IMG/VR virus record: IMGVR_UViG_3300038679_000131
Span: 34,839-98,838 of that record
Strand: one strand, 5' to 3'
Source: a virus
Length of the DNA stretch: 64,000 nt
In this document: positions 63,528-64,000 of the stretch, one piece after another
Layout: the number at the start of each line of letters is the position of its first letter
How positions within the stretch are numbered: position 1 is the first letter of the stretch
Translations under genes and position numbers: made by a program
The notes under the pieces: model-generated
What the model saw: only the letters and a program-made list of their open reading frames with translations
The model's database searches: none
Told to the model about the DNA's origin: nothing

Positions 63528-64000
63528 ATGCCTAGTTATGGCACTCTTGCACAAATGATGATTAATGTAGGGGTTAATCTTGGGCCTTTAGGTGCAGGAT
63601 TATCTAAAGCTACAGGTCAATTATCATCTTTTAATGCAATAGGTAGTCAAGTAGCAAGTGGAATGACAAGTTCTTTTGGGAAAACTGCGGTCGCTGTTGC
63701 TGCAATTTCTGGTGCTGTTTATGCAATGTCTCAAGCTTTTGCAGGTGCTATTAATGCTGCGGATGAATTTCGTTTGGCTACAATTAATATTGCTGCAACT
63801 ATGACAGATTGGATGATCGGAGGTAAAGAAGAAAAAAGAGCAGCTTTTACAGATCATCTTGTTTATGCTCAGGAAATGTATAAGGTTCTTGAACTTGAAG
63901 CATATAAGCATTTTGCTTCAGGAAAAGATATGCAATTAGCTTGGACAATTTTAACTCAGAAAGGAGTACAATTAAGATATGATGAAGTAAATGCTTTAGG
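63528..64000 (+). CDS. Tape measure protein, 5' part (runs off window)
   Basis: TAATG coupling; MPSYGTLAQMMINVGVNLGPLGAGLSKATGQL..., Ala/Gly-rich and helical. Confidence 0.8.
   Translation, partial: MPSYGTLAQMMINVGVNLGPLGAGLSKATGQLSSFNAIGSQVASGMTSSFGKTAVAVAAISGAVYAMSQAFAGAINAADEFRLATINIAATMTDWMIGGKEEKRAAFTDHLVYAQEMYKVLELEAYKHFASGKDMQLAWTILTQKGVQLRYDEVNAL

Noticed and set aside
1-64000. Alternative genetic code (stop-codon reassignment)
   Set aside because: Core genes are intact and tightly packed under the standard bacterial code.

Overview
A 64-kb segment of a large AT-rich tailed dsDNA phage (HK97-type capsid, probably a long non-contractile tail). The left arm (1-33.6 kb, minus strand) carries a 7-deazaguanine-type DNA-modification cluster (FolE, two QueD-fold proteins, QueE, SPASM radical SAM, GT-B glycosyltransferase), four homing endonucleases, replication genes (Rep-like protein, intein-containing DnaB, primase, SF2 helicase), tRNA-Pro, a sigma-like factor, an AAA/DUF3150/DUF1257/DUF2997 module and many small early genes. 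The centre (33.4-37.8 kb) is a control or terminus region with strong promoters, boxA elements, polarised CCGCC repeats, a 30-bp palindrome and a ~1.8-kb island that almost lacks GGA/TCC and GGG/CCC. The right arm (39.3-64 kb, plus strand) has TerS, a ~12.5-kb cassette between TerS and TerL, then TerL, portal, protease, capsid, decoration, neck and tail genes. The best candidate for a new system is that cassette: seven GT-A glycosyltransferases (three with motifs of mucin-initiating polypeptide GalNAc-transferases), an RmlD-like reductase and two methyltransferases, bookended by two Ser-Pro (SPSL) repeat proteins, with the same SPS tail appended to the tail tube protein. This suggests a phage-encoded mucin-type O-glycan coat. 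All family assignments come from motif recognition by eye, not database searches, and all counts are manual.
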